Virus record (IMG/VR): IMGVR_UViG_3300023313_000006
Location: 1-64,000 of that record
Length of the DNA stretch: 64,000 nt
Source: a virus
Direction: 5' to 3' (one strand)
A program made the translations under genes and the position numbers. The notes below the pieces were generated by a model that was not told the origin of the DNA, ran no database searches, and saw only the letters and a program-made list of their open reading frames with translations. Shown in pieces: positions 7,466 to 16,431 of this stretch (its first letter is position 1; every line of letters starts with the position of its first letter).

Positions 7466-8292
7466 AACAATATCTCGATCTACTACAAGACGTACTAGAC
7501 AATGGCGAATTGAAGGAAAATCGCACCGGCGTTGACACACTTTCTATTTTCAGTCGGCAACTTCGTTTCAATTTGAACGATGGATTTCCTCTAATGACGA
7601 CAAAACGTGTCTATTGGACTGGCGTTGCTCACGAGTTGCTTTGGTTCATTTCAGGCAACACGAACATCAAATATCTTCAAGATAACAACGTTCATATCTG
7701 GGACGAATGGGCAGATACCGACGGCAACTTGGGTCCGGTATATGGGCGGATGTGGAGAAGATTTCCGCATAACGACACCATAATCGATCAACTACAATCA
7801 GTGATTGATAGATTGAGAACCAACCCCAATGACAGAAGATTGGTTGTTTCGGCATGGAATCCGGCATTGTTGCCAGACACCAGCAAAACATTCGGCGAAA
7901 ACGTTGCTGACGGAAAACAAGCACTGCCACCATGTCACTATTCATTCCAGTTCGTCCACATCAACGGCAAGCTCAATCTAATTTGGAATCAGCGAAGCGT
8001 TGACGTATTTCTTGGTTTGCCGTTCAACATTGCCAGCTATGGTTTGTTGCTGAAAATGGTTGCTCATATCACCAATTTACAAGCAAATGAATTGGTGTTC
8101 TCTGGTGCGGACGTTCATCTATACACCAATCATATCGATCAAGCAAAAGAACAGCTATCGCGCGAACCCAGACAACTGCCAAAATTGTCCATTGTCGGCG
8201 ACGTGAAAGAGATCGATGATTTTACTATTGACAACATCCAACTAAGCGAGTATAATCCACATTCGACGATCAAAGCACCGGTTGCTGCTTAA
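7462..8292 (+). CDS. thyA: thymidylate synthase (ThyA/td)
   Basis: RTGVDT, ELLWFISG, IWDEWA, LGPVYG, ALPPCH, QRSVDVFLGLPFN, DVHLYTNH motifs; no intron. Confidence 0.97.
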   Translation: MKQYLDLLQDVLDNGELKENRTGVDTLSIFSRQLRFNLNDGFPLMTTKRVYWTGVAHELLWFISGNTNIKYLQDNNVHIWDEWADTDGNLGPVYGRMWRRFPHNDTIIDQLQSVIDRLRTNPNDRRLVVSAWNPALLPDTSKTFGENVADGKQALPPCHYSFQFVHINGKLNLIWNQRSVDVFLGLPFNIASYGLLLKMVAHITNLQANELVFSGADVHLYTNHIDQAKEQLSREPRQLPKLSIVGDVKEIDDFTIDNIQLSEYNPHSTIKAPVAA

Positions 8293-8387
8293 ATCGAATT
8301 AAATCGATTGTATGACGTTTTAATTTCTCGGTAGTAGGTAGGCATAGGCAAAGCCATTAAAATCAATTCTAGCACGCTTTTCGTCGC

Positions 8388-8416
8388 TTGACAACGAAAT
8401 ATATTTGTGCTATCAT
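8388..8416 (+). promoter_or_regulatory. sigma70-type promoter for the dsbA-gp32 replication cluster
   Basis: TTGACA-17 bp-TATCAT with extended TG; SD AGGAGG downstream. Confidence 0.8.
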
Positions 8417-8436
8417 TCGTACAGGAGGACTATAAC

Positions 8437-8685
8437 ATGATAAATGCGGATAAAGACATCTTGAGCAGAGCAATCAAGGAGTTCGATGCTTCGTTGACAC
8501 GACAAGCAGCAGAACGCGATCTACAGAAGGATATATGTTCGCGCGTGAAGGACACGACCGGCATTGAACCGAAGATTACTCGGATGCTAGCAAAGCTATA
8601 TCACAATCAGAATCGTCAAGAAAAAGAAAACGAATTTGACGAAATCATTTCACTATATGATTCAGTAGTTGGTACTGATGGATAA
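8437..8685 (+). CDS. dsbA: T4 DsbA-like double-stranded DNA-binding protein
   Basis: IKE...LAKLYHNQNR...LYDSV pattern; synteny with gp33/59/32. Confidence 0.8.
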   Translation: MINADKDILSRAIKEFDASLTRQAAERDLQKDICSRVKDTTGIEPKITRMLAKLYHNQNRQEKENEFDEIISLYDSVVGTDG

Positions 8686-9217
8686 GCTGAATCATTGTAT
8701 GGTCGATTTGGAAACGCTATCCGCGCTTCCTACAGCAGCAATTCTTTCCATTGGTGCTGTTCAATTCAATCCATATAGTGGCGAAATCGGCAACACTTTC
8801 TATACAACAATTCTTACTGAAACATGTAAGGATGCTGGATTGACGATCAGCAATGATACATTGGATTGGTGGATGAATCAATCACAATCAGCACAAAAGG
8901 TGTTGCGCGATTGTATGGATTTCCAGACATCACCGACGCTAGAAGAATCGTTGTCCGATTTCACCGACTTTTTTGTTAGCAACGATTTGAAATATGTGTG
9001 GTCAAATGGAGCAGACTTCGATCTGCCGATTTTGGTCAATGCTTATCATGCTGTTAGAAAAACCGAGCCGTGGGATTTTTGGAATTCGCGCTGCTATCGA
9101 ACAATAAAATCATTGTTTCGTTGCGAAGAAGAAACGAACGCAATGCCACACAATGCTTTGTCTGATGCCACCTATCAAGCAAAGCATCTATCGAAAATCA
9201 TGGGAGCAGGAAATTGA
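8678..9217 (+). CDS. DEDDh 3'-5' exonuclease (DexA/Rv2179c-like)
   Basis: MVDLETL, SIGAV, WSNGADFDLPIL, HNALSDA motifs. Confidence 0.85.
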   Translation: MDKLNHCMVDLETLSALPTAAILSIGAVQFNPYSGEIGNTFYTTILTETCKDAGLTISNDTLDWWMNQSQSAQKVLRDCMDFQTSPTLEESLSDFTDFFVSNDLKYVWSNGADFDLPILVNAYHAVRKTEPWDFWNSRCYRTIKSLFRCEEETNAMPHNALSDATYQAKHLSKIMGAGN

Positions 9218-9504
9218 GCTTTATCGAAACGTTGTTTGACACTGACGACGAGATCGTTTCCAAAGAAGAAAAATTCAAGATTGCTAAACGGCGGTTTGTC
9301 GAACGCGTCGAAGAAATTGGCGGAAAAACCGGCGACTACATCGATGCTATTGTTCGTGTGTGCGAAGAAGAAGGAATCGACGAAATGACTGCTGCTGCTT
9401 TCACGCGCGGAACGCTGCGAAAATTGGTCGAACACGAAGCGATGTCAAAGAATTTGCTGAAAGACAAGCTAGACGTGGTGGAATTGCCATTTGACGGCGT
9501 TTGA
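9214..9504 (+). CDS. gp33: late transcription coactivator gp33
   Basis: YIDAIVRVCEE...LVEHEAMSKNLLK...LP; position before gp59. Confidence 0.8.
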   Translation: MSFIETLFDTDDEIVSKEEKFKIAKRRFVERVEEIGGKTGDYIDAIVRVCEEEGIDEMTAAAFTRGTLRKLVEHEAMSKNLLKDKLDVVELPFDGV

Positions 9505-10105
9505 AGTCTATCGAATTTATTGCGCGTTAAAAGCACATTTCAGCGGACGGTTTAATGTAGTTGAGCATGGACTTGGCATCAAGTGTAAGCGATCAGCATT
9601 TGACAAACGAAACGATAAATTATTCTTTGAACGACTGGCCAACAAGCACATCGATTATATCGTTCCGTTTTTTGTTGCTAATTTTGTTGACAACCCAGAC
9701 AAGTACATATTTGAGCTACAACTGAACGCAGAAACGGAAGAAATTTACTTCAACTGGAAAAAGAGGGTCACGACACTACACAAAAACGCAAAAGAAGAAT
9801 TGGCTGAAATCAAATCATTCATGGTCGAAAATGACTTAACTTTTAATGATTTGTTTGCTATAATTGATGGTAAATATCCGATCATATATAGAATGGTTCA
9901 GCAAAAATACTTGTCCATAGAGACTTATATCTTGTTGGACAAAGCAGTTGGATTTCACGATTATTTTTGTGAAATTCTACCAGACATCGATGTCACATTC
10001 GACAATTTCAATCGGCGAGTGATTGGTTACAAGCCGTTTTTGTTGTTGGATAAAGCACGATGTAAACAAATCGTCAAAGACACGTTCATTGGCGATCAAA
10101 CTTAG
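9491..10105 (+). CDS. gp59: helicase loader gp59
   Basis: FEVYRIYCALKAHF...FDKRNDKLFFERLA...FFVANF...SIET. Confidence 0.9.
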   Translation: MTAFEVYRIYCALKAHFSGRFNVVEHGLGIKCKRSAFDKRNDKLFFERLANKHIDYIVPFFVANFVDNPDKYIFELQLNAETEEIYFNWKKRVTTLHKNAKEELAEIKSFMVENDLTFNDLFAIIDGKYPIIYRMVQQKYLSIETYILLDKAVGFHDYFCEILPDIDVTFDNFNRRVIGYKPFLLLDKARCKQIVKDTFIGDQT

Positions 10106-10155
10106 CCGCAAAGAGAGCCGCAATAGGCCATAGGCATAGACAAAAAGGAGAAAAT

Positions 10156-11016
10156 ATGTCATTAGCAGCACTGAAAAAATCACGAATGTCGTTTGAAGAA
10201 TTAGCAAAGAAGTTCGAGAACGAAAAGAAATCAACACAAAAGGACGACCGCTTTTACTATCCTGCGCGCGATGATAATGGCAATGCTCATGCCGTCATCC
10301 GTTTCTTGATGCCACCAGAAGGAGAAGATTCTCCGTGGGTCAAAACTTATTCGCACGCATTCAAATCCGATAGTGGTCGCTGGTTCATCGAAGAATGTCC
10401 AACGACAATCGGCAAAGATTGTGTTTGTTGTTCTGAAAACGGTAAATTGTGGAACAGCGGCATCGAATCCGACAAAGACATCGTTCGTCAACGCAAACGT
10501 CGCCTACAGTATGTAGCAAATATTTTGGTCGTCGAGGACAAGAAGAACCCTGAAAATGAAGGCAAGGTCTTTTTGTTCAAATTCGGAGCAAAGATTTTCG
10601 ACATGATCAAGGGCGCGATGTATCCCGAATTCGACGACGAGGAACCATGTAACGTGTTCGATTTCTGGGAAGGTGCTAATTTTAATCTGCGCATTCGCAA
10701 AGTTGCCGGTCAAACGAACTATGACAAATCATCGTTTGGTTCGCCAGCACCAATTGCTGATTCCGACGAAAAGATTGAGCGTATCTGGAAGCAGGAGTAT
10801 TCGCTAGCCGAATTCTTGTCGCCCGACCGCTTCAAATCGGAAGAAGAACTAGCAAAATCATTTGCTCGCGCCGTTGGTGGAAATGTTGCTGCTCCGGTAG
10901 CAGAAGCAAAAACAGCACCAACTGAAACAGCACCCGAACCAATTGCTGCTGTTGCTTCGTCTGAACCGACAAGCTCGGCGATGGATTTCTTCCGCAAGAT
11001 GGCAGAAGAAGATTAG
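10156..11016 (+). CDS. gp32: single-stranded DNA-binding protein gp32
   Basis: DDRFY, AVIRFL, Zn site (H...CPTT...CVC), FDFWEGANF, NYDKS, acidic tail. Confidence 0.97.
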   Translation: MSLAALKKSRMSFEELAKKFENEKKSTQKDDRFYYPARDDNGNAHAVIRFLMPPEGEDSPWVKTYSHAFKSDSGRWFIEECPTTIGKDCVCCSENGKLWNSGIESDKDIVRQRKRRLQYVANILVVEDKKNPENEGKVFLFKFGAKIFDMIKGAMYPEFDDEEPCNVFDFWEGANFNLRIRKVAGQTNYDKSSFGSPAPIADSDEKIERIWKQEYSLAEFLSPDRFKSEEELAKSFARAVGGNVAAPVAEAKTAPTETAPEPIAAVASSEPTSSAMDFFRKMAEED

Positions 11017-11043
11017 AAGCGTTGATTCAATGCTGAACAGATT

Positions 11044-11068
11044 GGGGTGGCTTCGGCCACCCTTTTTT
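11044..11068 (+). terminator. intrinsic terminator with UUCG tetraloop after gp32
   Basis: GGGTGGC-TTCG-GCCACCC-TTTTTT between convergent operons. Confidence 0.9.
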
Positions 11069-11069
11069 G

Positions 11070-12824
11070 TTAAAGTGAATTTCTTTTATCTGCGTGAATG
11101 AACGAACCATCATCATTGAATGTTGTGGGCGTGCCGACGATTTGTTCGTTCGTGGTGTGATTGTTGATCATGGTTGGAGCATTGTTGACAGCGATGGTCG
11201 ATGAATTTTTCTTTTCCGCTTTTCTGATTTCGCGGTTTGCTTCTTCAACATAGTTGCTCTTGAATTCCGACATTTCTGAATTGACTTTTTTGGTCGTGAC
11301 ATAGACGTTCTCGGCGCTCAACGTGACGGTCGGTGAATTGGTGTTGTTGTCAACGAACGATGAAACATTGTTGTTTGTTTGTGCTGACAATTCCGAAAAT
11401 TTGTTTGTCACGTTTTCTTTTCTGACTTGAACCGCTTTTGCTGATTGATTGACAGCAACTGCTTTTCGTTTTTCGTCGGCAATTTTTCTTGCTTCTTCAA
11501 TAGCACTTTTGCCACTGATTTGTTGTTCTTTGGTTGGCACGTTGTTATTGTCGTCCGAAGCAAAGGACTTGATCACATCATAGCCGGTTAGCATAGCACC
11601 GCCAATAGCAATAGCACCAGCCAATTCTGGAGCAAGCAGTGTCGCGCCGGCAGCAAGAGCGATTTTTGACAGAATGCTCTTGCTGAACCATGCGCCAACT
11701 CTGGCAGCAGTTTTGCCTTTGAACAAAGAAGATGCTTTTTCTTTGATCGATTTCATCAAACCAACTTTCTTTGATTTCTTCCCCTCGGTTGGTTTTTCTT
11801 GATTCTGAATCGGGACGGTTGTCATTCGTCTCGTTGCTGACGAACCAGCAACGGCACCAGCAGCAGAAGCGATGCCACGTTTCCCGAAAATCTTAATGAA
11901 ATTCCAAAACGATGTCAAGGCTCGCTTCAATCCTTTGAAAATTCCGATTGATGCGACAAGCGAAACACCAAAAGACGTGATCGATCCAATGACAGAAGTG
12001 ATAGCAGATACCAAGCTAGAAAAAACAGCAACCAAAATGCCACCAAGAGCAAGCAACATTCGTCCAAAACCAAAGCGTTTTTGCTTCGTTGTTTTCTTTT
12101 CGATTTTGTTCTGATGTTTCGTTTCGCGGCTTGTTTCAATCGCCAGTTGCTTGTCAATCGACGATTCTTTGTATAGACTGGCGACCGACGTTTGATCTTC
12201 GCCTTTTTTGATCGTGTTAGCAATCAATTTTGCGCGTTCCGCTTTCATTTCTTTGCGCATTTTCATTCGATCGCGAGCCGAATTGTATAGACTGGCGACC
12301 GAATTTTTTGCTACATTGATGATTGCCATTCCTACGGGAGACGTACCAAGCGCACCTGCCATACCAGCAATCAATGAATCTGACATATTGCCGATTTTAT
12401 TTGCTAGACTATCAAGACGATTGTCGGATGAAGCAAAACCGCGCTTCAAGGTCTTGATTTGTTCTTCTAGCAATTCGCGTTCTTCGTCTGAAATGTTTTT
12501 ATCTTTCTCAACGATTCGCGTCAACTCTTTTAGTTGTTCTCTGGCAACTTTGTTTTCTTCCGAATTGCCACGACCTTGTTGTGCTAATTCGTCCAATTTG
12601 GTCACGACGTGTTTGGACAATTCCGATTTTTCCGAAACAGCAGAAAAGGTGCTATCATTGACTGAACGAATGATGTCAAAGATGTGAAAGGCGGCATTTG
12701 CTCTGCCAACCAAACTAACAAGAGCTTTTTCGTTTTGGTCATTTTCCGCTATTGGCGATCGACGAAAATCGCCGCTTGCGTTGCTGGCTTCGACTTTCGC
12801 CTTCACTGCCGACAAATCGTTCAT
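11070..12824 (-). CDS. gp29: tape measure / baseplate hub protein (gp29-like), 584 aa
   Basis: Long helical low-complexity protein with hydrophobic segments; ATG 12824 overlaps the gp51-like stop (ATGA); position after gp26/gp51. Confidence 0.7.
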   Translation of the reverse strand: MNDLSAVKAKVEASNASGDFRRSPIAENDQNEKALVSLVGRANAAFHIFDIIRSVNDSTFSAVSEKSELSKHVVTKLDELAQQGRGNSEENKVAREQLKELTRIVEKDKNISDEERELLEEQIKTLKRGFASSDNRLDSLANKIGNMSDSLIAGMAGALGTSPVGMAIINVAKNSVASLYNSARDRMKMRKEMKAERAKLIANTIKKGEDQTSVASLYKESSIDKQLAIETSRETKHQNKIEKKTTKQKRFGFGRMLLALGGILVAVFSSLVSAITSVIGSITSFGVSLVASIGIFKGLKRALTSFWNFIKIFGKRGIASAAGAVAGSSATRRMTTVPIQNQEKPTEGKKSKKVGLMKSIKEKASSLFKGKTAARVGAWFSKSILSKIALAAGATLLAPELAGAIAIGGAMLTGYDVIKSFASDDNNNVPTKEQQISGKSAIEEARKIADEKRKAVAVNQSAKAVQVRKENVTNKFSELSAQTNNNVSSFVDNNTNSPTVTLSAENVYVTTKKVNSEMSEFKSNYVEEANREIRKAEKKNSSTIAVNNAPTMINNHTTNEQIVGTPTTFNDDGSFIHADKRNSL

Positions 12825-12988
12825 GCTTTCGCTTCCTCTTTCTTTTCGCGCAAACGAGCGAGAATCATATATGTATAGATTTCTCGTTCCCACGGCAACA
12901 TATTTTCCAATTCGGTTAAGCTATAATGAAGTTCGTGAATCAGCTCGAAGTTCAATTTATAGAACGATTGGAGATCATCACTTATCAA
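12821..12988 (-). CDS. gp51: gp51-like baseplate hub assembly protein (55 aa, not in ORF track; possibly made only as a frameshift extension of gp26)
   Basis: Translates to LISDDLQSFYKLNFELIHELHYSLTELENMLPWEREIYTYMILARLREKKEEAKA; YSLTELENMxPWERxIY matches the small gp51 of marine T4-likes. Confidence 0.8.
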   Translation of the reverse strand: MISDDLQSFYKLNFELIHELHYSLTELENMLPWEREIYTYMILARLREKKEEAKA

Positions 12989-12990
12989 GA

Positions 12991-13713
12991 TTAGTCGAAA
13001 AAACTATCGATCCCCGAAATGCGAATTGTGTCTGTTGCACCACATTGAGCGCATCTATATTTAACGTCAAGATATAGTTGTTGGGTCGATGAAATCCAAT
13101 TTTCAATTTCTTTCATTTGATCGTCCGAAAAACTATCGACAAAATCAGCGATTTCATCTTTGGTCAAATCCTTTGTCAACCAGACTTGATCGTTGTCGTA
13201 AATCGATTCGATATGCGCATACAGCACAAGAAAATGCTTCTCGACTTCCGAAAAATCCGAATTTTCAATAGCAGACAACACTTCAACCGACGGCACTGCC
13301 ATCTTGATCCCAACTTCTGGTGTCAATTCTATGACGTTATTTTCGTTTTGTTCGGTGACTTTGACATCGTGCAAATCAACGTCGATGTCATTCACCATTC
13401 CGCATTTTTCGCCATCAACTTCGTTTTCGCAACGGAACGATAGTGTCGTTGTATAGCCTTTGGCTTTGGCTCGAATTTGTAAAATCAACCATTCGAGATC
13501 GGTAGCACACAATTTCTTGGTGTCAACTTTTCCGAACGTACAATTATTGACGATTTGGTGAACAGCAGCAATCATATCTTTTTCTTCGCCAGACGATTCG
13601 GCGATAATCAAAATCTTTTCTTCTTTGACCAAGAATGGTCTATATTCAACTTCTCTGCCAGATACGGGAAGCGTCGTTGTTGAAATTGGTGCGTTTAATA
13701 CGGGTAGTGCCAT
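12991..13713 (-). CDS. gp26: gp26-like baseplate hub subunit/chaperone
   Basis: MALP...LP.SG..V.YRPFLVKEEKILI, LQIRAKAKG, C-terminal CxxC...GIDSFF. Confidence 0.9.
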   Translation of the reverse strand: MALPVLNAPISTTTLPVSGREVEYRPFLVKEEKILIIAESSGEEKDMIAAVHQIVNNCTFGKVDTKKLCATDLEWLILQIRAKAKGYTTTLSFRCENEVDGEKCGMVNDIDVDLHDVKVTEQNENNVIELTPEVGIKMAVPSVEVLSAIENSDFSEVEKHFLVLYAHIESIYDNDQVWLTKDLTKDEIADFVDSFSDDQMKEIENWISSTQQLYLDVKYRCAQCGATDTIRISGIDSFFD

Positions 13714-13724
13714 AAATTAAATCC

Positions 13725-14645
13725 TCAAATTGTTGACCATTGACGATAAGCAAACTGTACTTCGAACGTGGCGATTGTGTCCGTCGTGTCAAAAGACAAT
13801 TCGATCGATGATATATTCGTCGGGAATACATCAACACATCTAATGGTCTTTGACTTGTTTAGATCGTTGGTTAGTTGCGTTACTTCAATGGTTCCGTAGT
13901 ATGATTTGGCGAAGCGGAATTGAGCATTGGCTTCGTCGTATATATAATTATGCCAGTTTTCAAAGAAGGTACGTTCTGAATGATCGTCTGACAAACGGAA
14001 CGTCAAGCGCAACTCATCATAAATGTTGTCATAGGGCAATTTGGTCTGGATTGGACTACCGCGACGAACATCGAATGTGCTGAATGATTTGCCGGGCATC
14101 GAAGCAGACACGCATTGAAAGGTGTGATTTCTCGAATCGCCAATAGCCGTCGGAGCAAAAACACTGACTTCATATTTCGTGGGGCGCGCAAACGTAAATT
14201 TACTGAAAACCGAATTTACGTCTGTTGCTTCTGTTCCGGGTGTTGTTGGTTTGATGAATGAACCTAGTGGTTTGACTGAATAGAAACCAAAGAATTTGCC
14301 AATATCAAAAGTTTTCAAAGCATCCGACAAAACATTGCTGCCGAGAATGTCATTCAAAGCAGCAGCACTCACTCTCGTTGCTGTTGATAAAACTTCATTG
14401 GTGACAGTACCAAGAACAGAGCCGACCAATCCACCACTGTTTAGCGTCACATTCACCCAACTAGGCAAAACTCTACTTTTCGTTAATTGTATTCCCTTCT
14501 CTACCAGAATTGATGGGTTCTGAATATCAGTGACGCCAGCAACATGAATGTTACCAACGCCCAATTCTCCGGTGATACCATTTACCGTTTTTTGGACGTT
14601 GGGCAGGGACTCTAGCGGATTGATTATTGAATCGAGAAACCCCAT
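13725..14645 (-). CDS. gp54: gp54-like baseplate-tail tube junction protein with N-terminal extension
   Basis: C-terminal tube fold: ARPTKYEV...SASMPG...ERTFFENW...FPTNIS...FEVQFAYRQW. Confidence 0.75.
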   Translation of the reverse strand: MGFLDSIINPLESLPNVQKTVNGITGELGVGNIHVAGVTDIQNPSILVEKGIQLTKSRVLPSWVNVTLNSGGLVGSVLGTVTNEVLSTATRVSAAALNDILGSNVLSDALKTFDIGKFFGFYSVKPLGSFIKPTTPGTEATDVNSVFSKFTFARPTKYEVSVFAPTAIGDSRNHTFQCVSASMPGKSFSTFDVRRGSPIQTKLPYDNIYDELRLTFRLSDDHSERTFFENWHNYIYDEANAQFRFAKSYYGTIEVTQLTNDLNKSKTIRCVDVFPTNISSIELSFDTTDTIATFEVQFAYRQWSTI

Positions 14646-15145
14646 TATTTTCTCCTATTTCGATGAAACTTGGCCAGCGGCAGATAAATGATGTTCTCCC
14701 ATTCCTCTTTGGGAATTTCTAGCAAGTTTGATTTGAAATGACTGAACAGATACATTTTGACTGCTGGCTTGAACCGTTCTTGTTTTGCTATAGCAGATAA
14801 GGTAGCAGCAGCAATTTGTGGATATTTGCGCTTGCCCGACGCTTTGTTCAAAGCATTCAACAATTTAGTTCGCACGTCTGGTGTTAAATAGTGGAAATTC
14901 AAGCCGTAAATATGCTTTGCGTCCGCTTTCCAGAACATCGTTAGTGGTGCGGCGTCCCAAATCGGCAATGTGTCTTTGTATTTTGCGTCATATATACACA
15001 GATACATTTTACCACCGACCGGCTTGGTTACTTCCTTGAAGCCGGTACTTTTCAGCTTAATTTTCAACCAAAGAATCGATTGTCTTGCTTTTGCTGCTAG
15101 ACGCGACGATGATATTTTGGTTTTTAGTCCCGATAAAATCGACAT
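14645..15145 (-). CDS. gp2: DNA end protector protein gp2
   Basis: YDAKYKDTLPIWD..PL, GLNFHYL, VKMYL, EW...IYLP; ATG 15145. Confidence 0.9.
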   Translation of the reverse strand: MSILSGLKTKISSSRLAAKARQSILWLKIKLKSTGFKEVTKPVGGKMYLCIYDAKYKDTLPIWDAAPLTMFWKADAKHIYGLNFHYLTPDVRTKLLNALNKASGKRKYPQIAAATLSAIAKQERFKPAVKMYLFSHFKSNLLEIPKEEWENIIYLPLAKFHRNRRK

Positions 15146-15150
15146 AATAT

Positions 15151-15158
15151 TATTTATA
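15151..15158 (-). promoter_or_regulatory. T4-type late promoter TATAAATA (gp2 operon)
   Basis: Perfect gp55 consensus, 5 nt before ATG 15145. Confidence 0.8.
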
Positions 15159-15168
15159 GAGGTTATCA

Positions 15169-15621
15169 ATGGCATACAAAGGATTTTTCACACCCACAAA
15201 TCCCGAAAAATGGATTTCGACAACAAAAGGTCTGGGTGGTGGACGCATCCAATATCGCAGTTCGTATGAACGCAAATTCATGGGATGGGCCGACACATGC
15301 CCGGACGTGTTGAAAATTGCTTCGGAAGAAGTGGTCGTGCCCTATCGTTCACCACTAGATGGCAAGATTCATCGTTACTACGTCGATTTCTATATCATGC
15401 TACAATTACCGAATGGCGAAATCGTTGAAAAATTGATTGAAATCAAGCCAGCGAAAGAAACAAAAATGCCACGACAAAAGAAGAACCAAAAGCGTTACAT
15501 CCAAGAATGTAAAACGTATGCGGTCAACCAAGCAAAATGGGAAGCGGCACGAAAAGTGGCGAAAAAGAACAACTGGGAATTTGTCATTATGACTGAAAAA
15601 GAGCTTGGGATTCGCCGCTAA
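15169..15621 (+). CDS. gp4: head completion nuclease gp4
   Basis: YKG.F.P.NPEK, YRSSYE, SEEVVVPY, HRYYVDF, IEIKP, NQAKW, TEKEL. Confidence 0.95.
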   Translation: MAYKGFFTPTNPEKWISTTKGLGGGRIQYRSSYERKFMGWADTCPDVLKIASEEVVVPYRSPLDGKIHRYYVDFYIMLQLPNGEIVEKLIEIKPAKETKMPRQKKNQKRYIQECKTYAVNQAKWEAARKVAKKNNWEFVIMTEKELGIRR

Positions 15622-15624
15622 ATA
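15617..15624 (+). promoter_or_regulatory. late promoter GCTAAATA (gp48)
   Basis: 6 nt before ATG 15631, no SD. Confidence 0.7.
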
Positions 15625-15630
15625 ATAGTC

Positions 15631-16431
15631 ATGGCATCAATGACTTATCCTTCGGAATTTGACGATTACAGTTCATTCGTTTACTTTGAAGCATACAAGT
15701 ACATCCCAACGGTCGAGAATGAACCTAGTCAATCCGGCGAAGGCTCCAACATCAAGAACAAAAAGTATGACTTGTCGCTATTGGACGACATCACGCTCTA
15801 TTTCCCAAACGAAAGTCAATCGACGCAAACGCTTTCATGGAACGAAAAAGAAGGCGGGATGCTGATGCGAATGTTGAAGCGCGGTGGTGTTGTTGCTGAC
15901 GCATTCAAAAAATCAACGTTGTCCGACCATAGCGCATTGACCAACGCATTGAAAGATCAAGGATTGGAAGCAGCCAAAGATATTTTCTTCGGTGGTTATT
16001 TGCTAGATAAACTTGGTAAATCGGAAGGCCAGATTCAAAATCCCTTGAAAGATATGTTTTTTGGTGGCGTCAATTTCAGAGAACACGAATTCAGCTTCGA
16101 TTTTTCGCCGGTAAATCAAAGCGAAGCAAACGAAGTTAGAAACATCATCCGAGCATTCAAGAAAAATTCATTGCCAAGCAGTGTCAATGGTTCAATGATG
16201 CCATATCCTCCGACTTGGAAAATCACAGCAGTTCGTGGTGGTCAAGAAGTGCAGCAATATAAAAAGTGTGCTATCACTTCAATCAACACAAACTATTCAC
16301 CAGATCAGGTGATTGCTAACCTTGAAGATGGTTCGCCAGCACACATCAAACTGACACTATCCTTCAAAGAGATTGAATTGGTGGCAGGCAACGACTATGA
16401 TTCTTTGCCTGACAATTCTTATGGTTATTGA
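15631..16431 (+). CDS. gp48: baseplate tail-tube cap gp48
   Basis: NP...FGGVNFREHEFSF.FSP.N..EA..V..II..FK, YP, C.ITSINTNY.P, LTLSFKE. Confidence 0.88.
   Translation: MASMTYPSEFDDYSSFVYFEAYKYIPTVENEPSQSGEGSNIKNKKYDLSLLDDITLYFPNESQSTQTLSWNEKEGGMLMRMLKRGGVVADAFKKSTLSDHSALTNALKDQGLEAAKDIFFGGYLLDKLGKSEGQIQNPLKDMFFGGVNFREHEFSFDFSPVNQSEANEVRNIIRAFKKNSLPSSVNGSMMPYPPTWKITAVRGGQEVQQYKKCAITSINTNYSPDQVIANLEDGSPAHIKLTLSFKEIELVAGNDYDSLPDNSYGY

Noticed and set aside
7462-8292. Introns or inteins in td, gp17, gp20 or uvsW
   Set aside because: All are continuous and of normal length.
11872-13077. Plus-strand ORFs opposite the tape measure and gp51
   Set aside because: Antisense shadows; the - strand carries the recognisable genes.
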